Shown piece by piece: positions 14,252 through 26,331 of a stretch of 64,000 nucleotides of DNA. Below the pieces are notes generated by a model. It did not search any database and was not told the origin of the DNA. It saw only the letters and a program-made list of their open reading frames with translations. Source of the DNA: Zygnema circumcarinatum SAG 698-1b. Lineage: Eukaryota > Plantae > Zygnematophyceae. Every line of letters begins with the position of its first letter. Position 1 is the stretch's first letter. Location of the stretch: NCBI GenBank assembly GCA_037447605.1, contig CM074816.1, forward strand, positions 1,131,873-1,195,872. Reading direction: 5' to 3'. Both the position numbers and the translations under genes were made by a program.

Positions 14252-17200
14252 ATGGCTGCTGCCACGTGGCCCGTAGGCAGCCTTCACACGTGCGGAAAGC
14301 CCTCCACCCAGCAGCAGAGCCGGCCTCTCATCCATGGCTGCCGGGAGAGAGGAAGGCCCCTCCTTCCCCTCTCTCCCTTTGTAAGGAGAGAGAGCCTCCG
14401 TGCGGCTCCGTATGGCGAGAAAGCTTTGGAGGGGCATTCCGTACAGTCGCCATGGCTTCCTGGGAGAAGGAGAAGGTGTCTCTCTGTGAGCGGCAGCGCA
14501 GTGCGAGAGAAGGAGGCGGTGAAGGATGTGACACTGGGCACTTTTTTATTGGAGGCGGAAAATTTGCCCAACAAAATTTTGAAGGGTCCAGAACTGGTGA
14601 AGGTTGTCGAGGGGGTGGAGGAGGCGGTGCGGGAGATTGCTCTAAGGATCGCGAGAGCCGCCATTGATAAGGCAATGGGGGCGATGGAGGGAGGGGGAGA
14701 GGGAGCGGGGGGACGGGACAAGCAGAAGAAGCTCGACGTGGTGGCGGTGAGGCCTCGGAATCCCTACTTCGGGGAGGGAGAGCCGAAAAGGGAAAAGTAA
14801 AATATGGGGAGAGGGAGGGGAGGGGGGGGGTAGGAAGGGGGAGAGGAGAGGGAGGGGAGAGGGCGAGGCGGAGGAGGGAGAGAGGGGAAGAGGGGAAGGG
14901 AGGGGAGAGGACGAGGCAGAGAACGAGGGAGAGAGAGGGGGAAGAGGGGAAGGGAGGGGAGAGGACAAGGCGGAGAAGGAGAGAGAGAGAGGGGAAGAGG
15001 GGAAGGGAGGGGAGAGGACGAGGCGGAGGAGAGAGGGGAGAGGACGAGGCGGAGAAGGAGAGAGAGAGAGGGGAAGAGGGGAAGGGAGGGGAGAGGACGA
15101 GGCGGAGAAGGAGGGAGAGAGAGGGGAAGAAGGGAAGGGAGGGGAGAGGACGAGGCGGAGAAGGAGGGAGAGAGAGGGGAAGTGGGGAAGTGAGGAGAGG
15201 GAGGGGAGAGGAGAGAGAGGGGAAGAGGGGAAGGGAGGAGAGGGAGGGGAGTGGAGAGAGATGGGAAGAGGGGAGGGGAGGAGAGGGAGGGGAGAGGAGA
15301 GAGAGGGGCAGAGGGGAAGGGTATAGAGGGAGGAGAGGGGAGAGGATGAGAAGGAGGGAGAGAGGGGAAGAGGGGAGGGAGGAGAGGGAGGGGAAGGAGA
15401 GAGAGGGGAAGAGGGGAAGGGAGGGAGGAGAGGGGGAGGTGAAGGGAGGGAGGAGAGAGGGGTGGACGGAGGGAGGAGAGAAGGGTGGAAGGGAGGGAGG
15501 AGAGGACGAGGCGAGAGAGGGGAAGTGGGGAAGTGAGGAGAGGGAGGGGAGGACGAGGCGGAGAAGGAGGGAGAGAGAGGGGAAGTGGGGAAGTGAGGAG
15601 AGGGAGGGGAGAGGAGAGAGAGGGGAAGAGGGGAAGGGAGGAGAGGGAGGGGAAGGAGAGAGAGGGGAAGAGGGGAAGGGAGGGGAGGGAGGGGACAAGA
15701 CGATACGGAGGAGGGAGAGAGTAGGGAAGAGGGAAAGGAAGGAGAAGGAGGGGAGGGAGAGGGGAGAGGATGAGAAGGAGGGAGAGAGAGGGGAAGGGAG
15801 AAGAGGGAGGGGAAGGAGGGAGCGGGAGGGAGATGAAACCGTACTTTTTGAAAGAGAAATCTGGATATTCGGGAAAGGAAGAGGCTGATAGGTGGGAAAG
15901 GAGCTTTTAATTTCTAGAACAGGACCCTTGCAAAAAATTCTGGAAACAAACTCATCGATTTTTGGAGACAGAAACTCTTATTCTTCTAAGAGGGTTTAAA
16001 AATGTCTCCGAATAAAATTTTCGAAAGGTTCCCGTAAAGTTTTTATTTTTTTTATTCTTTAATGTTTTGATTTCCTTAACAGTCCTTTGATTCCTTCCTT
16101 TCCTGCATCTAATAAAACTCGTGGTTTGCAGAACGAAATATTTACAAACGCGCTTATCCAATCGCGCCACGTGGCAGTGCTGGCTTCCGAAGAAGACGAC
16201 AACCCCATCTGGATTTCCAACGACGGTCCGTACGTTGTCGTATTCGATCCTTTGGACGGCTCCCGGAACATAGAAGCCTCCATTCCCACGGGGACCATTT
16301 TCGGAATCTATGAGAGAAATTTGGACGCGGACCGTTTAACTGCAACGGAGCGTTCCATGGCGAACGTTTTACGGCCCGGACTGCAGCAGGTGGCGGCGGG
16401 CTACGCCCTCTACTCCTCCGCCGTCATGCTCGTTCTCACCTTTGGAAAGGGAAGCCATGGCTTCACCTTGGACCCCTTGTCGCGGGAGTTTGTTTTGACT
16501 CATCCTGACATTCGCATCCCGCAACGAGGTGAGTGAGACTGTTGCAGACAATTCGCGCCACGATTTAAAAAAAAAGTCGTTTGCATATCCTCATTTTAGC
16601 CCTACCGTTAGGGCTCGCTCTCGCCCTATCTATCTATATACATATGCAAATTTTATGTGTAGGGGTTTTTAGGGCGTGCAATCACCACCCCCGAGGGTAT
16701 TCCTACCCCATCCCCTCCTTCCTAACCGCAACTGAGTTCTTACCAATCAAAATTCTAAATAAAACTAAAATGATTGATCCCTTAATGTCCGATCCTTGAT
16801 TCGTTGACGATCACTTGGGGAAAGGTGGAAGAATAACCCCCGGGGAATAACTCCTTTTTCCCTTTTTTCTTATTGGGTGCCCTTTGAAATATATTTGCTT
16901 ATAGTGTATTTTTGCTGTTTCTGACTGTGTAATTTACAAGTTTCTTGTATTTTTGTTTGGGGGGCGGTAGGGCAAATTTATTCTGTGAATGACGCCCGGT
17001 ATTTCGATTGGCCCGAGGGCCTCCGATCCTATATCGATACTGTGCGGCAAGGCAAGGGCCAATATCCGAAACAGTACTCCGCAAGGTACATCTGCTCCCT
17101 CGTGGCCGACTTCCACCGGACCCTCCTTTACGGCGGAATTGCCATGAATCCGAGGGACCATTTGCGGCTGCTCTATGAGGCGAATCCGCTCAGTTTTGTT

Positions 17201-17371
17201 GCGGAACAGGCCGGCGGGAAAGGGACGGACGGAATCCGTAGAATTTTGGGCATAGAACCCACCGCTGTTCACCAACGGTTGCCGCTCTTTTTGGGGAGTC
17301 CGGAGGATATCGATGAGCTTGTGAGCTATGGCGACGTGCAGCAAATAAAGAATCCTGGCTACGAAGTTTGA
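14252..17371 (+). CDS. Chloroplastic fructose-1,6-bisphosphatase, cpFBPaseII type, 3 exons
   Basis: Exons 14252-14746, 16132-16528 and 16971-17371. Motifs: RDKQKKLDVVANE, ASEEDD, FDPLDGSRNIEASIPTGTIFGIY, GQIYSVNDARYFDWPEGLR, YSARYICSLVADFHRTLLYGG, and C-terminal NPGYEV as in Arabidopsis At5g64380-type proteins. Confidence 0.95.
14801..15835 (+). repeat. About 1-kb polypurine (GA-rich) tract with internal repeated units in cpFBPaseII intron 1
   Basis: The unit AGAGAGGGGAAGAGGGGAAGGGAGGGGAGAGGACGAGGCGGAGAAGGAG recurs several times. Confidence 0.9.
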
Positions 17372-18208
17372 GTCTGTGGACTGAAAAATCCTCAAAACGA
17401 TGGTAGTGGGAGAAAACAGGAGGAGGAGGTGGCTTGTGAATAGAGCCGCAGCAGTGTTCCGCTTTTTTAGGGTTTGTGCCCTTTCTTGAAACACGCTTAG
17501 GCTTTAGGGGTTAGGGTTCAGCTGCTGCAACTTTCAGGGTTTGTACAAGGCTGGGAGGTGCCGCAGATTTTGTAATGTATCATAAGCTTGAAATTATTCG
17601 AGACAGTGTTCATCGAATGGAATTCCGACCGAGCTCACTGATTAGCCTTAAACAATTGACAGGAGCTCAAATCGTTCACATAACTTTCTGAACCCCTCGG
17701 AATCAAAAGAACGCCGTTAGGGTTTGGACCTTCATCGTATTCACGTCGTAAGTCCAATGACATGTATGAGAGTATCATTACGGAGTGGTGATTTGGACCA
17801 TTTTTCAAGGGTCGTGCCAAGAATCGAACCGCGCACCACGTCAAAATATAGTCGACCTGCGGGTTGACGGCTGCCGACCGGCCAACCGGAAGCCGGTTTC
17901 CAGCCGGCTACCGTACAAGACCTTGGCGTTTTTCTACTGCCGCCACGTGTTGGATAGACCTAACAGCCAATCAGGAGCCACCGACAAGCCGTACCAGCGC
18001 CAAAGACGCCTTTCCATGCCGACCGCCAGTTGCATCCATGTCACAACCTCCCGCTCAAATCCCGTTCAACGAATTTCGACACAGGAAGCCGTCACGTCAA
18101 CCGCTCATGGAAACTCAAAACGGGAAACATAACAACATGGAACACGAAACCCGCGGCGAGCACGGAACGGAGCGTGAAACAGAGACATGGAACATGGAGG
18201 GAGAGGCC

Positions 18209-18672
18209 TCAGTCGTCCCCCTCCTCTAGGGGCGCGGCCCGGTAGGCCTTGTAGCGGTGGTTGAGGCCCGGCAGGAGGTGCAGCTTGAAGGCCCCCCCCA
18301 GGGCGCCGCTCTCTGTGTTGGGCACTCCGTAAATCACTCTCTGCACTCGCTCGTGGACCAACGCCATCGCGCACCTGAGAGAGGACAAATTATAACAATG
18401 ATAAAGATCACAATTATGATGATGTATTCAAACGGCATGGACAATGGTCATTTAAGCAAGTGAGATATTACGATTGTTGTCAAGTACTTTATATTTCTTT
18501 GTGTTGGGAGCTAAGCAATGGTTTTCCGAGTTTTTGCATTTGACAGGTGCTATTATTGATGTACATTAAAAAAATTAGGATTTGGATGACACCAAAACCG
18601 AAAGAAAGGGAGCCCTTCCCCTCCCCTCAACCCCCCTCCCCCGGTCCCTCTCTCTCTCTCTCTCCCTCTCTC

Positions 18673-18708
<36 letters not shown>

Positions 18709-21700
18709 TCACTCACTCTCTCTCACTCTCTCTCTCTCTCTCTCCCTCTCTCTCTGCGGCTCTTCGTTTCTTTCCTTCACCATGTTGGCGCAGGTAGAGG
18801 ACGACTCACATGGTGCATGGCTCGTGCGTCAGATAGGCATCGAATCCGGTACAAAGGTACGGTCTGGGCAGCCACTCAGCGTCCGACACCTGGCAAGCTG
18901 CCACGTGTCCTCCTCCCTCCTGCAGACCCTTCACTTGCAACCACGATCACCTTCACAGCTGCTTCACCATACATACCTTATACTACTTATACACATTACT
19001 GCCGGCGTAGGAGCAAAACATAAGTAGTAAAAGACCCTATACATAACCTCACCAATGTTAAGAATAAAAAAAAATTCAAAACTGAAAAAGGTTCTTACAA
19101 CGTGAAAGCCCTCTCTATGTTTGGGTTTGGAGGAGTACCGTTTCCTCCTCCAGCCTCGCTCTCTTTAGCTCCTGCTTCTCACAGCTGCTCGTATCTTCTC
19201 CTCCTTCAAGATGATTCTTATTTTCCGGGCAGCTATATGATGCAGGGCCTTCAGGATTTTCAAGGTCTTTAGAACTTTTAGGGTTTTCAGTATCTACGGA
19301 TTTCCTGAAATTTTTAGGGTTTGCAATCTCTTGTGGGGCAGAAACTGCTCCACTCCGTACTCTGACTCTCTCTATGGGCCACAGTTTCCGATCCCGTTCC
19401 GCTGCCCGTTCTATGGCCACCATTACGGCATGCCGTAAAGGATGCCACCCTTCCCTTTCTATGTGTTGACACGTGGCGCTCCCTCCGTTCTCCTCCGCCG
19501 AATCTTTGCGAACAGATTGCAGCTGATGTGGCACATTGCGATTGGACGACCTTCCCTCAACTGTTTCAGAGTTCGGATCTTCGGTTCCATGCATTAGGTT
19601 CGAGCTCAACGGAACTGAAGGAGCATGGAAGCTCCCTAAACACTCGGTCTGTCCAATCACGTGAGGACAGCTGGCGCTGCAGGACGAGCACGTCAGCCCT
19701 GCATCCGCCAGGTGGCGCTTCTCCATTGGTCCAAACGGATCAGCTAGATTCGTCTTGTCGTTTCTCACCTCGTCCGAGGACCTGCCAGGTGTCGCTCTCC
19801 TATTGGTCCCACATCCCAAAGTGGTCCCCCCCCAGCAGCCTGTCTCATCATGGCCCTTTGCAATCACCTCGCCGATGGATGGGTCAACAAGAACAGCTCC
19901 ACTTAAACCCTGCATTCTCCCCCTCCCCCTGTTTACTTCATAAAGTTTCTTCCTTTTACTTTTATGAATTGGGATTTAGGGAGAGAGGTTCTTGGGAACA
20001 TTTGCTAACCTATGAATCTGTGTCGCCTATGTATTAGAAAATAGCAAAAAGGGACGGAAAAGCCTTGAAGAATCCGGCAATGCCTTGTAAATAGGGAGAG
20101 ATGACCTTCTGGTTTGCGGCCTGACTTCCCATTTTTCTGAAGTTAATCCCGCTCTCCCACTCTATCTCTTCCTCTCCCTCCCTTCCTCCCTCTCTCTCTC
20201 CCCCTCTCCCTCCCTCTCTCCCCCTCTCTCTCACCTCTCCCTTCCGCCAGCCCGAGCGCGCCTCCTGAAGAGCCATGGCCATAAATTTCTTCATTGTGAG
20301 GAGCTCTTCTTCGCTGAGCTCAGCAGCTGACAGCTGTCCCCTGTCCATTCACAGGATGCCACGTGGCAAGAATCAATTAGCCCACAAGCAAAGATGTGGA
20401 CTTTTCAAAAGCACGGAACATTCCAAGACCTGTCTCAACCTCTGCCCTCCTGCCCCAGTCTGCCTTCTCCTCCATCTCTCCTTCCCACTCTCCCTATCTC
20501 TCTCTCTCTCGCTCTCCCTCTCCCTCGCTTCCCTCACATCTCTTCCTTATCCTGCCATCTAACCCTTTTGTTCATCATCCTTTCTCTAACATCTCCCTCT
20601 CCTTCCCCGCTTCCCGCTCATCCCCTCTGCCCCTCTCTCTCCCCTCCCTTCCCAGTCCTCTCCCTCCCTGCCTCCCTCACCTCAAAATCTTTCACCAGAA
20701 AATAAAAAAAAACAACAGTAGGGATGCCTGCGATAGTATCTACAAGCAAATGAAACATAGTTACAGTTTCCGTTAAACAGCCGTCCGTACACATCATTTG
20801 CATGGAACGAGGTCGGCCACAGTTGGCACTGCTGCTGCCACTCTTCTCGGCTTTTTGCCGCCCGGGCGGGCACCTGCAGACCAAAACCCTAAACCCTAAT
20901 CGTTAAACTCTAAACCCTAAAAATCTAAAATCCACTTCACGTTCTACTTGAAAAATCTTCATCGATGTGCAAAAGTGAGTTACTTGGCTACTTTTTGAAG
21001 CTTAAAAGCTAAGCTTCAAAGAAAATAAGCTATTGAAATAGGCATGGACCCCATGACTTAAGTGCATATTAAATATTCAAAACATAGGTTATAGGTCATA
21101 GGTTCATCTCACAGATGAATAGATCACCCACTATGCTTTTTCGTTTCACGATTTTTTTGAAGAAAGTAAACACTAAGAGAAACATCAAACTAAGGAAATG
21201 TAAAGAATGCTGCTGAAGGTTCAAGATCTAGGGTTGCCAGGGTTTAGGGTTCAGGGTTCATACTTTAGGGCTTAGCGTTTACGGTTTAACTTTTAGGGTT
21301 CAGGGTTTAAGGTTGAGGTTGCTTAGGTTTCAGGGTTTAGAATTCGGGGTTTAAGGTTTAGGTTCAGGGTTCAGGATTTAAGCTTCAGGGTCAGAATTTC
21401 GGGTTTAATGTTTAGTGTTTAGGGTTTAGTGTTTAGAGTTTAGGGTTTAAGGTTTAAGGTTTAGTGTTTAGGGATTAGAGTTTAGAGTTTAGGGTTCGCA
21501 AAGCAACGAATGCAAGGTGGAGGGTTCAGGATCAGTACCCACAGGAACAATGTACGGATCCAACATGTGCGCTTGAGCTAATTTTCTCAACTCGCTAGGG
21601 AGGCCCAATTGTGAATTTTTTTCCCCTTCACTGAGCTGCGGTACAATAGAAATAATAATCTCCAATTCATTTCTCCCTGCAAGTAAAATGTAAATTCGGA

Positions 21701-22558
21701 AGCAAAAATGAGTAAAGTAAGGAAGCATTGCCGGCATAAGATTGAATAGGACTAAATAAGACTAAACTGAAGCTAAGTTGAATGTTTTTTAATGTTTCCT
21801 GCCGTACCTTCCGTGCCTGAAATTCTCCGAATACGCTTGATGTGATGCATCCCGACTAGAGGGGCCACAGAACCTAACTCCCTGCAAAACCCTAAAGTTT
21901 TTGAATTCAAAAATTCCACTAGTCTCAAGGATTCACCTTCATTTCCGGTCCAATACGTTATGCAATTTGAAACCTATTCATCAACAAAGCATTGCTCTCC
22001 TGAAAACCCTCGCCAGTTTCACGATTTTCGACTTTTCGATATCCGCGATTCAGCGTGTTCAGGAATGGTGAAAGGCTAAATATAAGTAGAAAAAAATGCT
22101 GTAGGATCGAGCAATTTAGGAAGTACGTGATAGTAAATGATGAAAAATTTGACAAATATCTGTTGAAGCAAAGCGAAGTAACCCTCACTTGATCAGAGCG
22201 CTTGCTGCTTTGGGCTCCACTTTGGCGACATACGCCTCCACTGCATCCCCGCATGCCGCCATTATAGCTTTCATCAAAACCTCACATCTTCAAAACCCGG
22301 AACATCACACAAATAAATCTTCAAAACCTTTGTAAAATATCTAAGAAGTCTCTTGAAGTTTTCCGAAGGTCTGGATACCCGCGCAGGCGACACTGGAGCA
22401 TGAAATCCCTACAACCCTAAAGCCCTGCCCTGCAGGCAGCTGCACCCCGGCGACCCCTCCTGACAAAAATAACGACCCTTGAGTCCTCCAAACCCTGAAC
22501 AAGGGACCATGCGAATGCTGCATTATGGGGGGACATTAATGCCATGGCTTGGACATGG

Positions 22559-22592
<34 letters not shown>

Positions 22593-22683
22593 GCGCACCC
22601 GTGGCATGGCTGCCATCAGCGCCCTCGTCCGCGGTGACCTCCTCCACGCGCCACGTGGCGCCTCCCGCCATGGCCATGGCCAT
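18209..22683 (-). CDS. TAD3: tRNA-specific adenosine-34 deaminase non-catalytic subunit, 9 exons
   Basis: Exons 22683-22599, 22267-22189, 21881-21808, 21676-21543, 20873-20791, 20340-20235, 19909-19139, 18889-18810 and 18374-18209 splice in frame. Motifs: VAPLVGMHHIKRIR, SREEWQQQCQLWPTSFH, AVLVDP, HPLRHAVMVAI (Glu-less HAV), [32 protein letters not shown], LNHRY. The first two exons are less certain. Confidence 0.92.
21238..21497 (+). repeat. Degenerate (TTTAGGG)n interstitial telomere-like array in TAD3 intron 4
   Basis: Tandem GGGTTTA/GGGTTCA/AGGTTTA heptamer variants. Confidence 0.85.
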
Positions 22684-23609
22684 CTCGTGGCCTGCTTGCT
22701 GCAGGGCCTGAAAAACTTAGGGTTTATTTACACACCTTTTTTGGCTAGATACACACTTTCCTTCCCGGTCAGTTTTTTTAGGGATTTTAGGTTAGCGAGT
22801 TTTTTGAAAAGGTGTGTATCTATCCAAAAAGGTGTATAAAATACAAATTTCCTGAAAAGGGGTGCTCGTAGTCCGCACACCTTACCGTATGGTACGAAAC
22901 ATGTACGGACACCGACACCCTGCTGTCAGTTTGTGACATACTTTTGTTGTGTTCGAAACTAGAACGCGTTTCGCACAAATACTTCACGACATAGCGTGCA
23001 TGATGTGCTTCTTCTGGAAATCATCCTATCGTCCCTCTTGGGAGGGCGGCCTTGCGATCAGCCTTGTACCTTGTAATGTACGGCCGGCCGGCCCTAGCCC
23101 TTGTTGGGGCGGCGCCAACGCCATGGTCGCATGCATGCATGCATGCATGTTGTGGGACCAGCTGGATGCATATGTGAGCATCCAATAGGTTGGCCTGGAA
23201 GCTGAAGACGAGCTCCCCTAGAAGGATGGCGGATTAGGGAGCGAACACTCAGTGGAGCAGAGCCACGGGACCCTTGCTAACTACCCCCTATTCTCTACTT
23301 CTTTGTTATTTTCTTGAAATTGTTTCGGTCACTGTCAACGCCTGCACTCCGCTGCTTCCGTGTCTTTTCTCGCCTGGAATTGCCCAGTTTTCTAAACAGA
23401 TTTATATGCCCAAACGCTCTCAGACAAGTGTCAAGCTTTCTTTCAAGCAGAGGCCATACCTTTGCTGTGCTCTCACCTCCTGAGAGCCCTGTCCTGCACG
23501 ACGTTGACTTAAGCTTCCACTGAAATCCCGGATCCATGTCTTTATGGAATGTTCCCGATAAAGTCACCCTGACTTTATGCAGTCTCCAACTGAAGTGTCC
23601 ATAGTACTG

Positions 23610-23952
23610 CCAATGGGCAACTGCCACGTGGCCATGGGCAGATTCGAGAATCGCGCCGTTCCGAAGTCTCCGAGAAGTCGGTTCCGCTGAACCCGTCGAA
23701 AGGCGAGACATTTCGCCAATCAGAAGGCGCCACGTCTGATTACTAAAACCGCTCAATAAGGCACCACGTCAGACTCTATGATCAATCGAAAGGCACCATG
23801 TCATATAAACAACCAATCAGAAGGCGCCATGTAGGTTCAAATGACCAACCAGAAGGCGCCATGTCAAACTTGCGACCGATTTCCACGGCCAGCTTGGCGT
23901 TTGGTGATTGGCCGCCAGCTGCCAGCTGTGACACGTGGCGCTCACACATTGG
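23610..23952. promoter_or_regulatory. Cluster of perfect and degenerate CCAAT-N9-CCA(C/T)G modules between the divergent TAD3 and NHL genes
   Basis: Perfect copies at 23610(+), 23716(+) and 23934(-). Degenerate CCAATCAGAAGGCGCCATG-type copies lie between 23780 and 23865. Confidence 0.55.
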
Positions 23953-24983
23953 TTCGTTGATCCTACGGTGACACCAAAATTTGTACCACCGCTGTACGAA
24001 ACTATACGAGTAGAAACTGTCCCCCATCCCTACCCTCCCTCTCCTCCCTCTTCTCCCTGCCTCCCTCCCTCCCTTATCTTCTTCCTCTCCCTACGTCTCT
24101 CCCTCCCTCCTCTCGCTGCCTCTCCCACCAGCCAGCCTGAAAGCCTAGCATTCATTGTAGAACCCTATTATTTCTCGTTGATGAAATCAGCGGAGGTGGC
24201 CCTTCCTCCCACCGACACTCCATGACAGGCCTTGCTGGACGGACCTTTGAGTGCGGGACTCGGCAGGCTTTGCTTCTCCTTCGCACTCATGGATTCTTTA
24301 GGTCTTCAGCAGGTACGCCATGTTTTTTTAAGACAAGGGGCCCCGCATTTCAAAATTGAAAGGCGTGCCCCGTAAACTTGCAGAGTATTGAAAATCTCTC
24401 GGGAAGTTCTTGAATCCCTTGATTATTAAGAAACATAAAAAAACCATTTCAGTAACCCTATAAACAGTAAAAACGCCTAGGGTTTAGGTGAATGCGAAGA
24501 AATCCGAAAGTACTACGTTTGAAACACCTTCAAATGGTGTAGTTGTGTGTGCAAATATTGGATATCTTGAAACCCTAATTCTTGCTTACATTCAGCTGGC
24601 AGATGAGGTCGAGAGGGCGGATGAGAGGGCTGGTTTAGCTCAGACTAGTTCTTTTAGTCGTTGATTAGGGTTAGGGTTTCTATGCTTCAGTTTCTGCTTT
24701 ACTTAAAATATCCTGAAAACGCGTATAAAATAAACGGACTCATGTTGTCGAAGAAAACCAATGTCTTAACTCTAAATATTCTTACAAACGTTACTCTTTT
24801 TGTAAGCGCAGTGAAAGGAGGTCGATGATTACTTCAACGGAATGCTTCCGACATAGATCGCCTGCATTTTCTTTCGCACTGATTAGTGCCTGTTCATCAT
24901 CATCTTCACTTTAAGACCATTCATTATTTTTGAAATGAAGAAAGAATAAAGTCTGCCACTCGATTGTTACTTCCTTTCGAACA

Positions 24984-25961
24984 ATGTCGATTTGGGAGAG
25001 CCGTCTACAGAATGCAGACAAATCAACGAGTGCTGATGTCATAACCACAGAAAGAGACAGCATGATGATGTCAGCTGGAACCCCAGCTGTCATTACCCCC
25101 ATCATGAACTCCCCGATCTATGAAGCCCCTCCGTTGGCAGCAACGGAAGCCCGTGAAACAGATCCCATCCTTCACACACACGGCCTCCGTCGTAGGCGAC
25201 GGAACACAGAAACCCTTGTCCGCTATTACCTCTACAATTTCTTCCTCATTTTCTTTGCGGTTTTCGGAATAGTGATTCTCGTGTATCTTGGATGGCCTCA
25301 GTCTCCAAAAATCCGCATAGGATCGACGACTTTGAAGGGAGTTTCCGTCAATACGGAGGAAATAGAAGGGAAGCTGCTGCCGCGTGTGCAACTGGATATC
25401 CGCTTAGTTTTGCTGTTCTATGTGCAAAATCCAAACTGGGCCGGATTTTGGTACAAGGAAATCACGGCGGACGTGGAGTACAGGAACAAACTGATAGGCG
25501 AAGTCCGCACGCTGAAGGCGGGGAGGGTCGCTCCATGGAGCGAAAGAAGCGTTGAAGCGGAACTGGACCTGAAGGGCATGGAACTGCTCGGAGATGGGCC
25601 TGCCCTTCTTGCTGACGTGGCGGAAGGGAAGGTGGATCTGAGAGTGACTACTTTGGTGGTTGGGGCGGTAGATATCGCCTTGTGGAGTGTCGATGCTAAG
25701 GTGGGTCCCACTCTCTCTCCCTCTCTCCCTCTCAGCGCTCCTGCCCGCTCTCGCTCAATTCTCGCTCTCTTTCTTTCCCTCTCCATCGCTCTCCCCTCGT
25801 CTCTCTCCCCCACTCTCTCTCTCTCTCCCTCTCTCTCTCTCCCTCTCTCCCTCTCTCCCTCTCTCCCTCTCTCCCTCTCTCCCTCCAGCGCTCCTGCCCG
25901 CTCTCGCTCAATTCTCGCTCTCTTTCTTTCCCTCTCCATCGCTCTCCCCTCGTCTCTCTCC

Positions 25962-25996
<35 letters not shown>

Positions 25997-26331
25997 CCTC
26001 CTTCCTCCCTCTTCTCTCGCCCACGGTCTCTCTCTCTTGCCCTGTACTTCATCCCCTTGCCCTCCCTCTCCAGTCTCCCTCACCCCCTCATTTTTCTCTT
26101 TCTACCTTCTCTCCGTCACCGTCACATCATGTTTCTAAGCCTCTTGTGCTTATCGGATTTGTGGACCTTTCGGCAGATTTAAGTTTTTTTTTTTTTGTTT
26201 ACTTATTGAGTCTAAGTTTGGTTTTGTGTTTCTTTTGCAATGCGCAGCTCCAAGTGGTCTGCGACTTGGGGGTGGACCCCCTCGAAAATGTCCTTCTTCA
26301 AAAAAGCTGCAATTCTAGCCTCCTCAATTAG
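24984..26331 (+). CDS. NDR1/HIN1-like (LEA_2 domain) membrane protein, 2 coding exons
   Basis: Exons 24984-25700 and 26248-26331. A hydrophobic anchor (YYLYNFFLIFFAVFGIVILVYLGWPQSP) is followed by LEA_2-type VQNPNWAGFWY..ITADVEYRNKLIG and a terminal VVCDLGVDP...QKSC. The exact start codon is uncertain. Confidence 0.82.

Noticed and set aside
14328-15888. Long Pro/Ser/Leu- or Glu/Arg/Gly-rich ORFs (e.g. 14328-15698, 3072-3824, 27896-28756, 48162-49034, 10922-11537)
   Set aside because: These are translations of stop-poor CT/GA low-complexity tracts lying inside introns or intergenic DNA of genes with well-supported exon chains; they are not extensins or other real proteins.
23470-23525. Peptide SPVLHDVDLSFH resembling the start of an ABC ATPase domain
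   Set aside because: It is followed immediately by a stop, with no Walker A motif or further exons found.
23700-23870. CRISPR-like repeat-spacer pattern
   Set aside because: The repeats are degenerate and irregularly spaced, the context is eukaryotic, and no cas genes are present; reinterpreted as CCAAT/G-box modules.
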